Shown piece by piece: positions 30,299-40,400 of a DNA stretch of 64,000 nucleotides. The notes beneath the pieces were generated by a model. The model was not told the origin of the DNA, ran no database searches, and saw only the letters and a program-made list of their open reading frames with translations. The stretch's first letter is position 1; each line of letters opens with the position of its first letter. The translations under genes and the position numbers were made by a program. The DNA is from Promethearchaeota archaeon (GTDB taxonomy: Archaea; Asgardarchaeota; Lokiarchaeia; Sigyniarchaeales; SOKP01), in NCBI GenBank assembly GCA_016839555.1, contig JAEOUA010000003.1, positions 128,001-192,000 of the forward strand, read 5' to 3'.

Positions 30299-32818
30299 TT
30301 ATTTTTTTATTTCAATTTTATTATTACATTGAATTTTATCTATATCTTGATGAGTTATCAGAATAACTTGAGTAGAATCTGAAATATTTGATATATTTGA
30401 CAAAAGAGTTTTTCTATTATTTTCATCTATAAATTCGGTAGGCTCGTCAATTAAAAGAAATGTCGAATTTCCAATTATTTTATTTAAAGCGAATTTATAA
30501 GAAAGTCCAAGAATTAATTGATATCCTCCTCCTTCATAAACAGAAGCAGGATAATAAATTTTCGATTCCTTACCTTTTGGAATAACAGATAGACTATAAT
30601 CCTTATTATCAATACATACCTTTTCAAACTCATCTTCAGAAGAAAATAATTTATAACTTTTCAAAATATCTTCTTCTAAGGTTATAGAAACATTATTACG
30701 AATTATCTGTTGTACTTGTTTGAAGATCTGTTGAAAATTGCGATATTTTTCTGCTAATTCATATTTAGTGTGTAAAATTTGGATTTTTTTCTCTGTTTGC
30801 GCTATTTCTTTATCTAATCTTTTAATTTGCTTCTTAGTTTCATCAATATCTTCTGATATTTGTTCATTCTGTTGTTTAAGATGATTTAGAGTAGTAGAGA
30901 GTTCTGAGATTTTGAAAATAATTGCCTCTTTTAATTCATCTCTTATATGAAGTGCGTTTTCAAGATTTCTATTCGCTTCATAATCATTTATTTTCTTTAA
31001 AATTATTTCTAAAGTAGTAATGAAATTATCAGAACTATCTAAAGATTTTAAATTTTCTTTCAATTCATTTTTTAAATTTTCAAATAGTTTCGAGAGATCT
31101 GCTTTTTGCTGATTAAAATCTTCTTCCCCTTTTTTTTTCTCTTCCTGTATTATTGTTAATTTCTTTACGTATTCTTTATATTGATTTAAAAATGCTTTCG
31201 ACTCATTAAGTTTTTTACTAATTTCGTCATGTTCTTCTCTTATTGAATTTAATTTCTTCTGATTATTTTGTAATAATTTATTTTGCTCCTCTATATTATT
31301 ATTTAATTCTATAATATCCTTATTTAACCCATCCTCGAAGGAAGCATTTAAAGAATTTTCCATTTCATTAATTTTATTTATTAGATTATTTAACTTAATT
31401 TTTTCCTCAAATTGAGTCTTCTCTTCAACTCTTAATTGTAAAAAATTTTTATTAATTTCCTTTTTTTCTTGCTCTTGTTTGGCTAAATCTTTTTCTAAAT
31501 TTTGTAATTTTTCCTTACAATCTTTTATTTCTCGCAAAATTTTTGAGGAGTCTATAGGAGCGCCACAATATTCACAAGTTTGATTATTTTTATTTGATTC
31601 TCTTCTTTTTAATATTCCTTCTATATCGCCCTTTTCTCTTTCACTATTTCTAATAGAATTTTGAAGTTCTAATTGTAATTTCTCTAATTTGATTATTTCA
31701 TTTTTTATTTTTTTCAAATTTTCTTTAACTTTCTTAACTTTATCTTTTAGTTCTGTCTTTTCTCCATATTCATTTTTAAAAGAATCTAATTGTTTTAACG
31801 ATTTTTGCTTTTGTTTTTTAAGACTCTCCTTTTCTATCTTTAGAGTTTCATTCTCTCGAATTTGGTTATGGAGATGGGTAATATCTTCATTTAATTTAGT
31901 TTCTTTTATGTTTATTTCATTTAAATCTTGCTCAAGATTGGTAATTTTGGTTATTAAATCTGCCTCCGAACCATATTTTTTTGTATTTTCTTCTATATCC
32001 TTTAATGTCATCTCTTCTTTTATTTTGGTATCATTTATTTTCTTTTTAATATCTTCAAATGACTTAACTAAATCTCTAATTCTTTCAGAAAACTTTTTGA
32101 ATTTTTGGAATTTATTCAAATCATTATTATTACGAGCGATTTTAAAATTAATTTTTTCCTGCTTCTGCTTTTGAATTTCTAATTTTTTTTGATATTCTTT
32201 TTTTTCTTTCTGAGAATGGTCTAATGTGGCTTTAAAGGTATCGATTATTTTAACCTCTTTTTCAAAATCAAGGGCACGTTCTCTAAACGCATTTGATAAA
32301 GCAGTAGCTGTTTTAATGCCAAAAACAATATCTAACTTTTCATCACCCATTAATATTTTAGAAATTTCTCCCTGAGAAAAATGAATTCCTGCCTCAAAAA
32401 GTCGCTTAGAAATCCCAAGAAGTTCGTTTAATTTTAAAGATAAAACTCCCTCTGAATCTCCAAAATCTGTTGCTAAAAGATATTTTTCTTTATCTTTATT
32501 TATAATTTTTTTTAAGGTGAAAAATCCATTAGCAGAACGTGATTTTCCCTTTAATTTGTGCATTCTCTGTAATTTATAAATGTTATCATCTTTACCTTTA
32601 AAGATAAGCTCCACGCCCACAATATTTTGTTCAAATCGAGTCAATTGTGAAATACTTCGAAATCCTCGAACCATTCCAAAAAGAGCGTATTCTATAGCAT
32701 AAAATATTGTTGTTTTACCTGCATTGTTTTTTCCATGAATTAGATTGAAGTGTTCATCTAAATGTATATTTAAGTCTTCATGTCTTCTAAAGTTTTTTAA
32801 TTTTATTGATTTAATCAT
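30299..32818 (-). CDS. Rad50/SbcC-like SMC ATPase B (degenerate signature)
   Basis: Walker A GKNNAGKTT, Q-loop FSQGEI, central CEYC, signature position YEGGG, Walker B LLIDEPT, ITH; ATG at 32818. Confidence 0.9.
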   Translation of the reverse strand: MIKSIKLKNFRRHEDLNIHLDEHFNLIHGKNNAGKTTIFYAIEYALFGMVRGFRSISQLTRFEQNIVGVELIFKGKDDNIYKLQRMHKLKGKSRSANGFFTLKKIINKDKEKYLLATDFGDSEGVLSLKLNELLGISKRLFEAGIHFSQGEISKILMGDEKLDIVFGIKTATALSNAFRERALDFEKEVKIIDTFKATLDHSQKEKKEYQKKLEIQKQKQEKINFKIARNNNDLNKFQKFKKFSERIRDLVKSFEDIKKKINDTKIKEEMTLKDIEENTKKYGSEADLITKITNLEQDLNEINIKETKLNEDITHLHNQIRENETLKIEKESLKKQKQKSLKQLDSFKNEYGEKTELKDKVKKVKENLKKIKNEIIKLEKLQLELQNSIRNSEREKGDIEGILKRRESNKNNQTCEYCGAPIDSSKILREIKDCKEKLQNLEKDLAKQEQEKKEINKNFLQLRVEEKTQFEEKIKLNNLINKINEMENSLNASFEDGLNKDIIELNNNIEEQNKLLQNNQKKLNSIREEHDEISKKLNESKAFLNQYKEYVKKLTIIQEEKKKGEEDFNQQKADLSKLFENLKNELKENLKSLDSSDNFITTLEIILKKINDYEANRNLENALHIRDELKEAIIFKISELSTTLNHLKQQNEQISEDIDETKKQIKRLDKEIAQTEKKIQILHTKYELAEKYRNFQQIFKQVQQIIRNNVSITLEEDILKSYKLFSSEDEFEKVCIDNKDYSLSVIPKGKESKIYYPASVYEGGGYQLILGLSYKFALNKIIGNSTFLLIDEPTEFIDENNRKTLLSNISNISDSTQVILITHQDIDKIQCNNKIEIKK

Positions 32819-33140
32819 CTCTAATTTGCTCCATTTCATCCCTTTCTTCTAATATATCTAATTCAAAAATTTCTTTTATTCTTTGGTGCAATTGAATGCG
32901 CGCGTCCTTTACTAATTTAAAAGTTTTAGTAAGATTATTCTCATCATCATATAAATAGTTAGCAAATTCAAATAAACGTACGAGATCGTTTTTTTCATTC
33001 TCAGATAATATAAATTGTGCCAATATCTCTAAAAGGTCGAATTTGAAGCTCATTATAGAAACCATTCTTTTTATTGATTTGTCTTTAATTTTGGTAATAA
33101 AATAATTATAAAAATTAATATAAAAATTATTATTAATCAA
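32811..33140 (-). CDS. Small helical protein between the two Rad50 genes
   Basis: Stop overlaps the Rad50-B start; true start may be ATG 33065 or 33053. Confidence 0.65.
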   Translation of the reverse strand: MINNNFYINFYNYFITKIKDKSIKRMVSIMSFKFDLLEILAQFILSENEKNDLVRLFEFANYLYDDENNLTKTFKLVKDARIQLHQRIKEIFELDILEERDEMEQIRDD

Positions 33141-35854
33141 CTAATTTTAGTTAAATAATTGACTTCTGTCTGTTCATTATCATCTTTTGTCAACTTAATA
33201 ACATATTCACTATGGCGCTTAAAAGAATCATCATGAGAAATAACAAATAATTGATTAAAATTTCTTGAGACATCATTAATATATCTACTGAGATTATTTT
33301 TAGAATTTTCATCAAGATTTATAGTTGGTTCGTCAAAGATCGCAAAGTTAGCAGAGGTTAATGTTTTTAAGATAGCAAGTCTCACTGCTAATGCAGCAGA
33401 CATTTTTTCGCCTCCAGATAATCTTAAAAATCCTTTCTTAGTTCTTGCTTTAATAATTTCGATTTCATAATTCTTGTTCCATATTAATGAGGTGTTTTGG
33501 TCCCCACGGATATTTCTATATATATTTGATGCGTATCTATTTACTTTCTTTATTAATTCCACTCTCATTTTAGGTTTAAATTCTCGTATCCATACACGTA
33601 TTTTCTTCACGAATTTTTGTTCAGCTTTCAAATTTAACTCTTTATTTTGGAATTCTTCGAGTTTTTTTTCCTTATCTTCTAATTTTTTAATAGATTCATT
33701 AACATCATCAAATTGTTCTTCAATATTATTTAAATTTTCTTTCAATTTAATGACCATTTCATGCTTCTCATCAAATTCTTTTTTAAGCTTATCAAAATTT
33801 TCCTCATCAAATTCTTTTTCATATTTTTTCTTTTCCTTTAATTTTTGCTGAGATAGATTTATGATGTTTTCCAATTTATTTTGAGATTCTAATACTTTTT
33901 GCTTTCTATTCACCAATTTTTCTGCTTCATTGATATTTTTTTGGAATTTGTTATATTGAATTTCTAAATCATTCAATTCTTTCCTTATTTTTGCTAATTT
34001 TGATGGAATTTTTTCTTTTTTGTTTATTTCCTGATTAAATATAGTTCTTTTTTGTTCTAGTTCTTTTAATTTAGTTTTAAGGGGTAAAAGATTATCTTGA
34101 ATTTTTTGGAGACTTTGAGCATTTTTGTTATGGATTAAGTATTGATCATAAAAAGTATTTAATTCTTCTATTTGTACTTTAAGGTTATTTTTAGAATTGA
34201 TAAGTTCTTCTTTTTGCGATATGTTTATTTCTATTTCGATAACATCTTCTTTTAAATTTTTTAAATGTTTTTCATATTCTTCAAGTGTAATTAATTTTTT
34301 TTGTAATCTTTCGATTTCAGTTTGGATTTTAGATTTGTTTTTTAATTTATCCTGAATTTCATTGAATTCATTACGTTTTAATCGTAATTCTTTCTTTTTC
34401 CCTTTTATTTCTTTTTTAAAACCTTCAACATTAAAATTTCCTTCTTGTAGATCTGTACATTTTTTACCTGAAAATGGACAGAGTTTATTTTCAATCTTAT
34501 TTTGATTATTTTGATAAAATGAAAGATCATTTTCTATACTTGACATTTCTAATAGTAAAGAATCTTTAATTTTTTCAAGGTTTATGATTTTTTTATGCTC
34601 TTTTTGTATATGTAATAATCCGCTTATTTCATTTCTTAATAAGGCTATTTCTTGGTTTAAATTTGAAATTTTTTTTTTATTTTTTTCTAAAATATTTTCA
34701 CTAGAATCGATTATAGCTAACTTTTTATTTAGTTCTTGTAATTCATTCTTAAAACTTAAAAGTTGCTGATATTTTGGTTCAATTTCTTTTAGTTTTTCTT
34801 TTGAAAATTGAGCGTCTTTTATTTTGTCTTCAAGATTAGTGTATTGATGTTTAATTTCTTGATATTTCTGATTTAATTGGTTTAATTGATCTTTTTGCTG
34901 TGTTAATTCGTCATTTTGAGTTATAAAATTATTTTTAATTTTATAAAGAGATATATATTTTTCATAAGCATTTTTGGTATAATTGCAGATCTTCTCTGCT
35001 TTAAAAGACTCATTCAATTGTTGTTGGAGAGTTTTTAAATTTTCCTCTTCCTTTTTTTTCTCAAAGTTTAATTGATTATTATCTATGGTAATAGTTTCTA
35101 ATTTTTTTTTTAAATCTTTAAGCTTTTCAAGTTTATCTTTAATAATCTTTCTCCTTTTTTTAGATTTTTCTAGCTTTAACGATGTATCTTTCATTTTTTC
35201 GATAAGATTTTCTTGTGCTTTTTGTTTTTCTTCCTTTTCCTTAGTTTCGCCTATTAATTCGCTAATTTTTTTTTGAATTTCAATCAATTTTTCTTTATAT
35301 TTTCTTTCAATTATTCCTAAATTCTCCCAAAATTTTTCATAGATATCTAATTGAAAAATTTCATCAAAATATTCCTTCCTTTCCTTTGGACTCATTAAAA
35401 AACTGTTAATGATCATCCCTTGGGGTATGCCTATTGCTGTGTTAAATAATGTTTCTAGATTCACATCATATTTTACACCAATTTGCTTTTTTATCCAAGA
35501 TTTAAATTTTGAAATAGTATCTATATCAGGTGAAAGAGATTTACCTTTATCATTAGTTACTTGTATATCACTTCGTCCAATAGTGCGTATAATGCGATAT
35601 ATTTTACTATCTGCTCCACTTATCCAGATTTTTACTGTTCCATAGGAAGGTCTCTCGTTTTCAACTGCTCTTATATAGTCTGAATGATGAGTTTTAGACT
35701 TTAAAAAATCGAACAACACGAACCCAATCATTTCAAGAACAGTAGATTTTCCAGCCCCATTATCACCATAAAGAACATTTAATCCTTCTTTAAAAGATAT
35801 AGATGTATTCTTATGGGTTTTAACATTTTTTATTTCTATTTTTCTAATTATCAT
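33137..35854 (-). CDS. Rad50/SbcC-like SMC ATPase A
   Basis: Walker A GDNGAGKST, Q-loop IPQG, central CPFSGKKC, LSGGE, FDEPT.NLD, ISH; ATG at 35854 follows AAGGGGG. Confidence 0.93.
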   Translation of the reverse strand: MIIRKIEIKNVKTHKNTSISFKEGLNVLYGDNGAGKSTVLEMIGFVLFDFLKSKTHHSDYIRAVENERPSYGTVKIWISGADSKIYRIIRTIGRSDIQVTNDKGKSLSPDIDTISKFKSWIKKQIGVKYDVNLETLFNTAIGIPQGMIINSFLMSPKERKEYFDEIFQLDIYEKFWENLGIIERKYKEKLIEIQKKISELIGETKEKEEKQKAQENLIEKMKDTSLKLEKSKKRRKIIKDKLEKLKDLKKKLETITIDNNQLNFEKKKEEENLKTLQQQLNESFKAEKICNYTKNAYEKYISLYKIKNNFITQNDELTQQKDQLNQLNQKYQEIKHQYTNLEDKIKDAQFSKEKLKEIEPKYQQLLSFKNELQELNKKLAIIDSSENILEKNKKKISNLNQEIALLRNEISGLLHIQKEHKKIINLEKIKDSLLLEMSSIENDLSFYQNNQNKIENKLCPFSGKKCTDLQEGNFNVEGFKKEIKGKKKELRLKRNEFNEIQDKLKNKSKIQTEIERLQKKLITLEEYEKHLKNLKEDVIEIEINISQKEELINSKNNLKVQIEELNTFYDQYLIHNKNAQSLQKIQDNLLPLKTKLKELEQKRTIFNQEINKKEKIPSKLAKIRKELNDLEIQYNKFQKNINEAEKLVNRKQKVLESQNKLENIINLSQQKLKEKKKYEKEFDEENFDKLKKEFDEKHEMVIKLKENLNNIEEQFDDVNESIKKLEDKEKKLEEFQNKELNLKAEQKFVKKIRVWIREFKPKMRVELIKKVNRYASNIYRNIRGDQNTSLIWNKNYEIEIIKARTKKGFLRLSGGEKMSAALAVRLAILKTLTSANFAIFDEPTINLDENSKNNLSRYINDVSRNFNQLFVISHDDSFKRHSEYVIKLTKDDNEQTEVNYLTKIS

Positions 35855-35867
35855 CTTATAATCCCCC

Positions 35868-37442
35868 TTAAATATTAAGATCTCCATCATCAATAATTTC
35901 ATCAATATCTAAATTCTCATCGCCTTCACCATCAATATCTAATAAATTTTTAAATTCTCCCAACTCTTTAGAAAACTCTTCTTCCCACATCTTATCTATA
36001 TTCATTTGCTTCGATATTTTACTTATTTTCTTCTTTTTTTTCTTTTTTGGATTTTTGAATTTTTCTTGTTTTTTAACAATATTTTTAAGTTCTTGGAAGA
36101 TATCTTGATGAAGATTGAACCAATTATTAATATCACTTTTAATAACCTTATAATCAGCATTCTGGGTAAGTTTCTCTTTTAATTGATTTAAGATGAGTTG
36201 GGAAATTTCTTCTTTATGTTCCCGAAAAGTTTCTTCATTTTTTATAGTTGTTAAGAGTGCTTCTTCTTCGATTTTATCAAAACTCCACTCATCATTCATA
36301 TCAAATTCCTCTTCCATTTTAGAAAAGATTTGGTTATTTATTTTCAAACCTAATATTTCAAATGTGTCAAAAATTTTGATTCTTAATTCTGCTAGATCAA
36401 TTTCTAATTCAGAATAGCCCGTTTCACCTTTTATAGAGAGATATAGAACAGGAACATCAAGATTACTTAATAATGGATTAGAATCACTCCTTTCAGGAAC
36501 ACCTAGTTTTCTAAGTTTATCTATTATCATTATTTCAGCTTCTTCAAATGAATTAGATTCTGAAATATCTATAGAAGAAAATGATAAAAATCTTCTATTG
36601 GGAATAGAATAAGCGTCATAAGTATTTCCATTTTCACATAATATTGATTTTACCCTAAAATTGTTATTTTCATCTGGAAATATTTCCACTAAAAAAATTC
36701 CACGGCCTTCGGCGTATTCGTTAATTTCATTAATTTCAAGGCTTCCCGGATTAAATATCCACGGTTGATTTTCGGGTAATTGATATTGTTTATGAAAATG
36801 TCCCAAAGCTAAATAATCAACCTTCTTGTGTAGATCTTGAAGATTTTCAGTTAAATCATATCCTTTTTTTCTTTTATCTTGCCCATTTATCCCAAAATGC
36901 ATCATTAAAATAATGAATTTATCATTCTCTTGAATTTCTTTCCTAATTAAAGGATATAATTCTGGAGTTGAACTCCCAAAATAACTCATTCCATAAATCA
37001 CGGCATTTTTAATCTCTATCTTTCCTCCAATATGATCCCTAGGGGAAAAATTAGCAAACTTAATACTATTAGAATGATAATCATAAGTTCCTGAAAGTAA
37101 AATTATTAAATCTAAATCAGCCAATAATTTCAACCATGTATGTTCTGAAAAGAATGGAGTTTCATGATTACCTTCTATACATATAATAGGTATTACTCTT
37201 TCTATTGTTTCTTGACATTTTATTTGAAAATCTCTTATTGTCTTTATAATATTAATTAATGTAGATGGATTGATCTTACGCTCGTTATCGATTAAATCAC
37301 CGCTAATTAAAACGAAATCAACTTCTTCAAAAATTGCCTTGTTTAATACCCATTCAAATGCTTTGAAAAAATCGTAATATCTTTGAGTGATATTATAAAG
37401 TGTTTTTCCCAAATGTATATCTGCCGCATGTATAAATTTCAA
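35868..37442 (-). CDS. mre11: Mre11/SbcD-family nuclease
   Basis: Phosphoesterase motifs DIHLG, GDLID, GNHE, MMH, ALGHFH and NPGS.E. Confidence 0.92.
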   Translation of the reverse strand: MKFIHAADIHLGKTLYNITQRYYDFFKAFEWVLNKAIFEEVDFVLISGDLIDNERKINPSTLINIIKTIRDFQIKCQETIERVIPIICIEGNHETPFFSEHTWLKLLADLDLIILLSGTYDYHSNSIKFANFSPRDHIGGKIEIKNAVIYGMSYFGSSTPELYPLIRKEIQENDKFIILMMHFGINGQDKRKKGYDLTENLQDLHKKVDYLALGHFHKQYQLPENQPWIFNPGSLEINEINEYAEGRGIFLVEIFPDENNNFRVKSILCENGNTYDAYSIPNRRFLSFSSIDISESNSFEEAEIMIIDKLRKLGVPERSDSNPLLSNLDVPVLYLSIKGETGYSELEIDLAELRIKIFDTFEILGLKINNQIFSKMEEEFDMNDEWSFDKIEEEALLTTIKNEETFREHKEEISQLILNQLKEKLTQNADYKVIKSDINNWFNLHQDIFQELKNIVKKQEKFKNPKKKKKKKISKISKQMNIDKMWEEEFSKELGEFKNLLDIDGEGDENLDIDEIIDDGDLNI

Positions 37443-37457
37443 TGTTAATACTCTCCC

Positions 37458-40400
37458 CTATTCTTTATATCTTAATCTAACTTCTTGAATAATATTATTA
37501 AACTTGTTTTTTATTTGAAGAGGCAGTTCTTTGTTACAAAATTCTTCTACGTACATATAAATTTTTGAAGAATTCTTAATAAGCTCCCTTTCATTGGGAA
37601 TATACTGTATAAATTTGTCGCTAGAAATAAATATGAGTTTATTTTTTGCTCTTGAAGTTAATACATTAAATCTATTTAAATTATATATAAAATCATCTTC
37701 CATTTGCAATTTATCCTCATCCGACAACCCTATGGAACAAATTATTAAATCTCTGTCAGAGCCTTGGAATTTCTCCACAGAATAAACTGTATCTTTTAAA
37801 AGTTGCATTAATTTAGATCTTGATAATTTTGTAAAGAGCTTAAATAAATTATATAACTTTCTAATAATAGTACGCCCTTGGGCATTATGTGGTGCCACCA
37901 CCCCAACTTGTTCAGACCAAAATCTAATTTCCTCTTTTCTATTTGAAGGAGCCACCATTATATAAAATCCTTTAACAATTTCAGCAACGATTTGAGCCTC
38001 AAAAAGGCTAATTCCAATTTCAAATTGTTCATTATGAATAATTGAGCATGCTACCCTCTTTGGGAGTAAAATTTCCTTTAACCATAATTTATTAATATTG
38101 CTTAGATTCCCCTGAAGGGTACTTTTTGCATTTTGCTCATATGCCTGTAAATCCTCGTATAAACCCAAAAGAGAGGTAAATTCAACAATATCTTTATGAG
38201 AACGATAATTAACTTTTAATTGTTTACTAGAAATGTTATGCCCCTCAACATAATACCTAAAAACATTATCTAAAATTAATTCAAGGTTTTTCGGTGGCTT
38301 TTTAACCCTCACAGGCGATAATTGATTATGATCTCCAACAATTACTATTTTAGTAAGAGATTCTGGGGATATTTTGTTGTTAGCGATTATTAAAGGATCA
38401 ATCAAGTTCTTGTCATTAATCAATTTTTTTGAAAGCATATCAGTAGGTTTTTCAATAGTAATTTTTGGTTTTTTAATAAATTGCAAACTTGACATAAAGT
38501 AATCTGCTGGCATTTGACTCGCTTCATCCACAAAAATTAAATCGAAAGCAAAATTATCTGCAACCCTCTCCGTTAAATGATATAATTGATGAGCATTCGC
38601 AAAGATAATGAAATTATTTTCTAAAGATTCCTCTAATAAAATAGTGTTAGTCACTGATCTGGGTTTTCCATTTAATTTCCAAGTATTTCCATCTTTCATT
38701 AAATCATCTATATCTCTACATTTCGGGATCTTAGGTATGGGATTTTGTGTACTAGAATGAATAAATATCATCTGGAGCTTTGATGAGGGAGTTTGTTTTC
38801 CAAATATATCTTTACTTTTCCGGATTTTATCTATTATAACTCTTAGTGCTGCATAAGAAAAAGAAGTGATGAGTATTTTAATTGATTTATTTTGCTTAGT
38901 CCGCCTTATAACATATTCATCAATAAAAGCGGCTATAGTCTGAGATTTACCTGTGCCGGGAGGGCCCAATATGGCTGATATTATATTATAGAGAGAATTT
39001 TTTATTGCTTCTTTTTGAGAAGGATCCGGAGTAGGGGCGATTTTTGTAAACAGATGGGGTTCCTTTAACTGCTTATTAAAGTGCTTTAATAATAATGGGG
39101 CAAATAAATAAATTGAGGGAGTTGTAAAAGACCAATTATACGGCCATTTTAATTTGGGCTTAATCCTAAGATTCCATAGAAAAGCTAATCTTGCTCCTAA
39201 CCAAGATTGCCCAAAATTTTCTCTTTGTAGTAAACCATTATTATTTCGACAGTTATATAATTTATTAGACCATGAATCGGGACTAATAGGATAGATATAC
39301 CATTCTTCTTTTACCGGATCTATTCCCTCTTCACTGCAAATATTGTATACATTATTAGATGTTGGTTTTGTAGTTATAATATATCCTCCAATTGATGGAT
39401 CCCATTTTATATCATTAATAGATATAATCCATTTAAAAACTCTATTATCAATTTTCAATCCCCTTTTGGAATTGGGAATTAACAATACTCTATTACCCTC
39501 TTGGATCTTCATATTACAGGAAAGTCCAATAAGAGTAAATTTATATTTTAATGATTTACCTTCTAAATCTATTATTTCAAGGTGTTGTATTCTAGCAGAA
39601 GATAATTTCCCGATACTGAAATCTGGAAACATTGTTCTATAATATTCTTCATCTTGCTGCTGTAAAGCATTATTAAGTCTTGAGAATAAATACCAAACAT
39701 GAGAAATATCATGATATTCAGAGGGTAAAATTGCACTTTTATAATCATGTCGACTAATTGTCCTTGCGTTTTCAGAAAGAGCTGTATTTCCTTCTTTTTG
39801 AAATTTAGAGCGGATTTGATCAATTACATGAAGTTTAAAAATAATTTGCTTTCTAATAATGTTTAATTTTTTCTTCTTTTTCTCTGGATCTTTTTCCCTT
39901 AAATATAATAACCAATTAGCAAGATCCAAGAAATTAAAATGAGGAATCCAGTACATTTTTGTATTTATATTTAATTTAAATAATTTTTTAGCAATGCTAT
40001 GCCAAGTATAATTGATTATATCTGGAAATCCAACACAAGTTTCCGCAAAACTTTGAACGTCAAATAATTTTTTATGTTGATAAGGATTACTGACTTCAGT
40101 ATCTGAGGGCGTAAAATACATTAAAATAGCTTCATAAGCAGCTCTTGCTTTTGTATTACTAATAACTACATTTAAATTTCTCTGTAGCATATCTTGAAGA
40201 TGTTCTAATTGATTTCTAGACCAATAAAAAATGCTTGTGTCTGGACCGATATAATATTTTCCATATTTCCCATTTATATCAATAACAATAAAATCCTCAA
40301 TGATATTGCACATCTGTAATACCAAGTTCAATCTTAATATGGTAGTAATGGTTAGATCAGCTTCACTTTCATTGGTAATATCTTCGTTCACCTTCGCAAA

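Noticed and set aside
31689-35645. Phe/Ser/Leu-rich plus-strand ORFs over the Rad50 genes
   Set aside because: Antisense shadows of Lys/Glu-rich coiled-coil codons. The other short overlapping ORFs in the track were rejected for the same reason.
30299-37442. Wadjet/MksBEFG or condensin assignment
   Set aside because: Cys hooks rather than SMC hinges, Mre11 is adjacent, and no recognisable JetA/JetB/JetD or ScpA/B.
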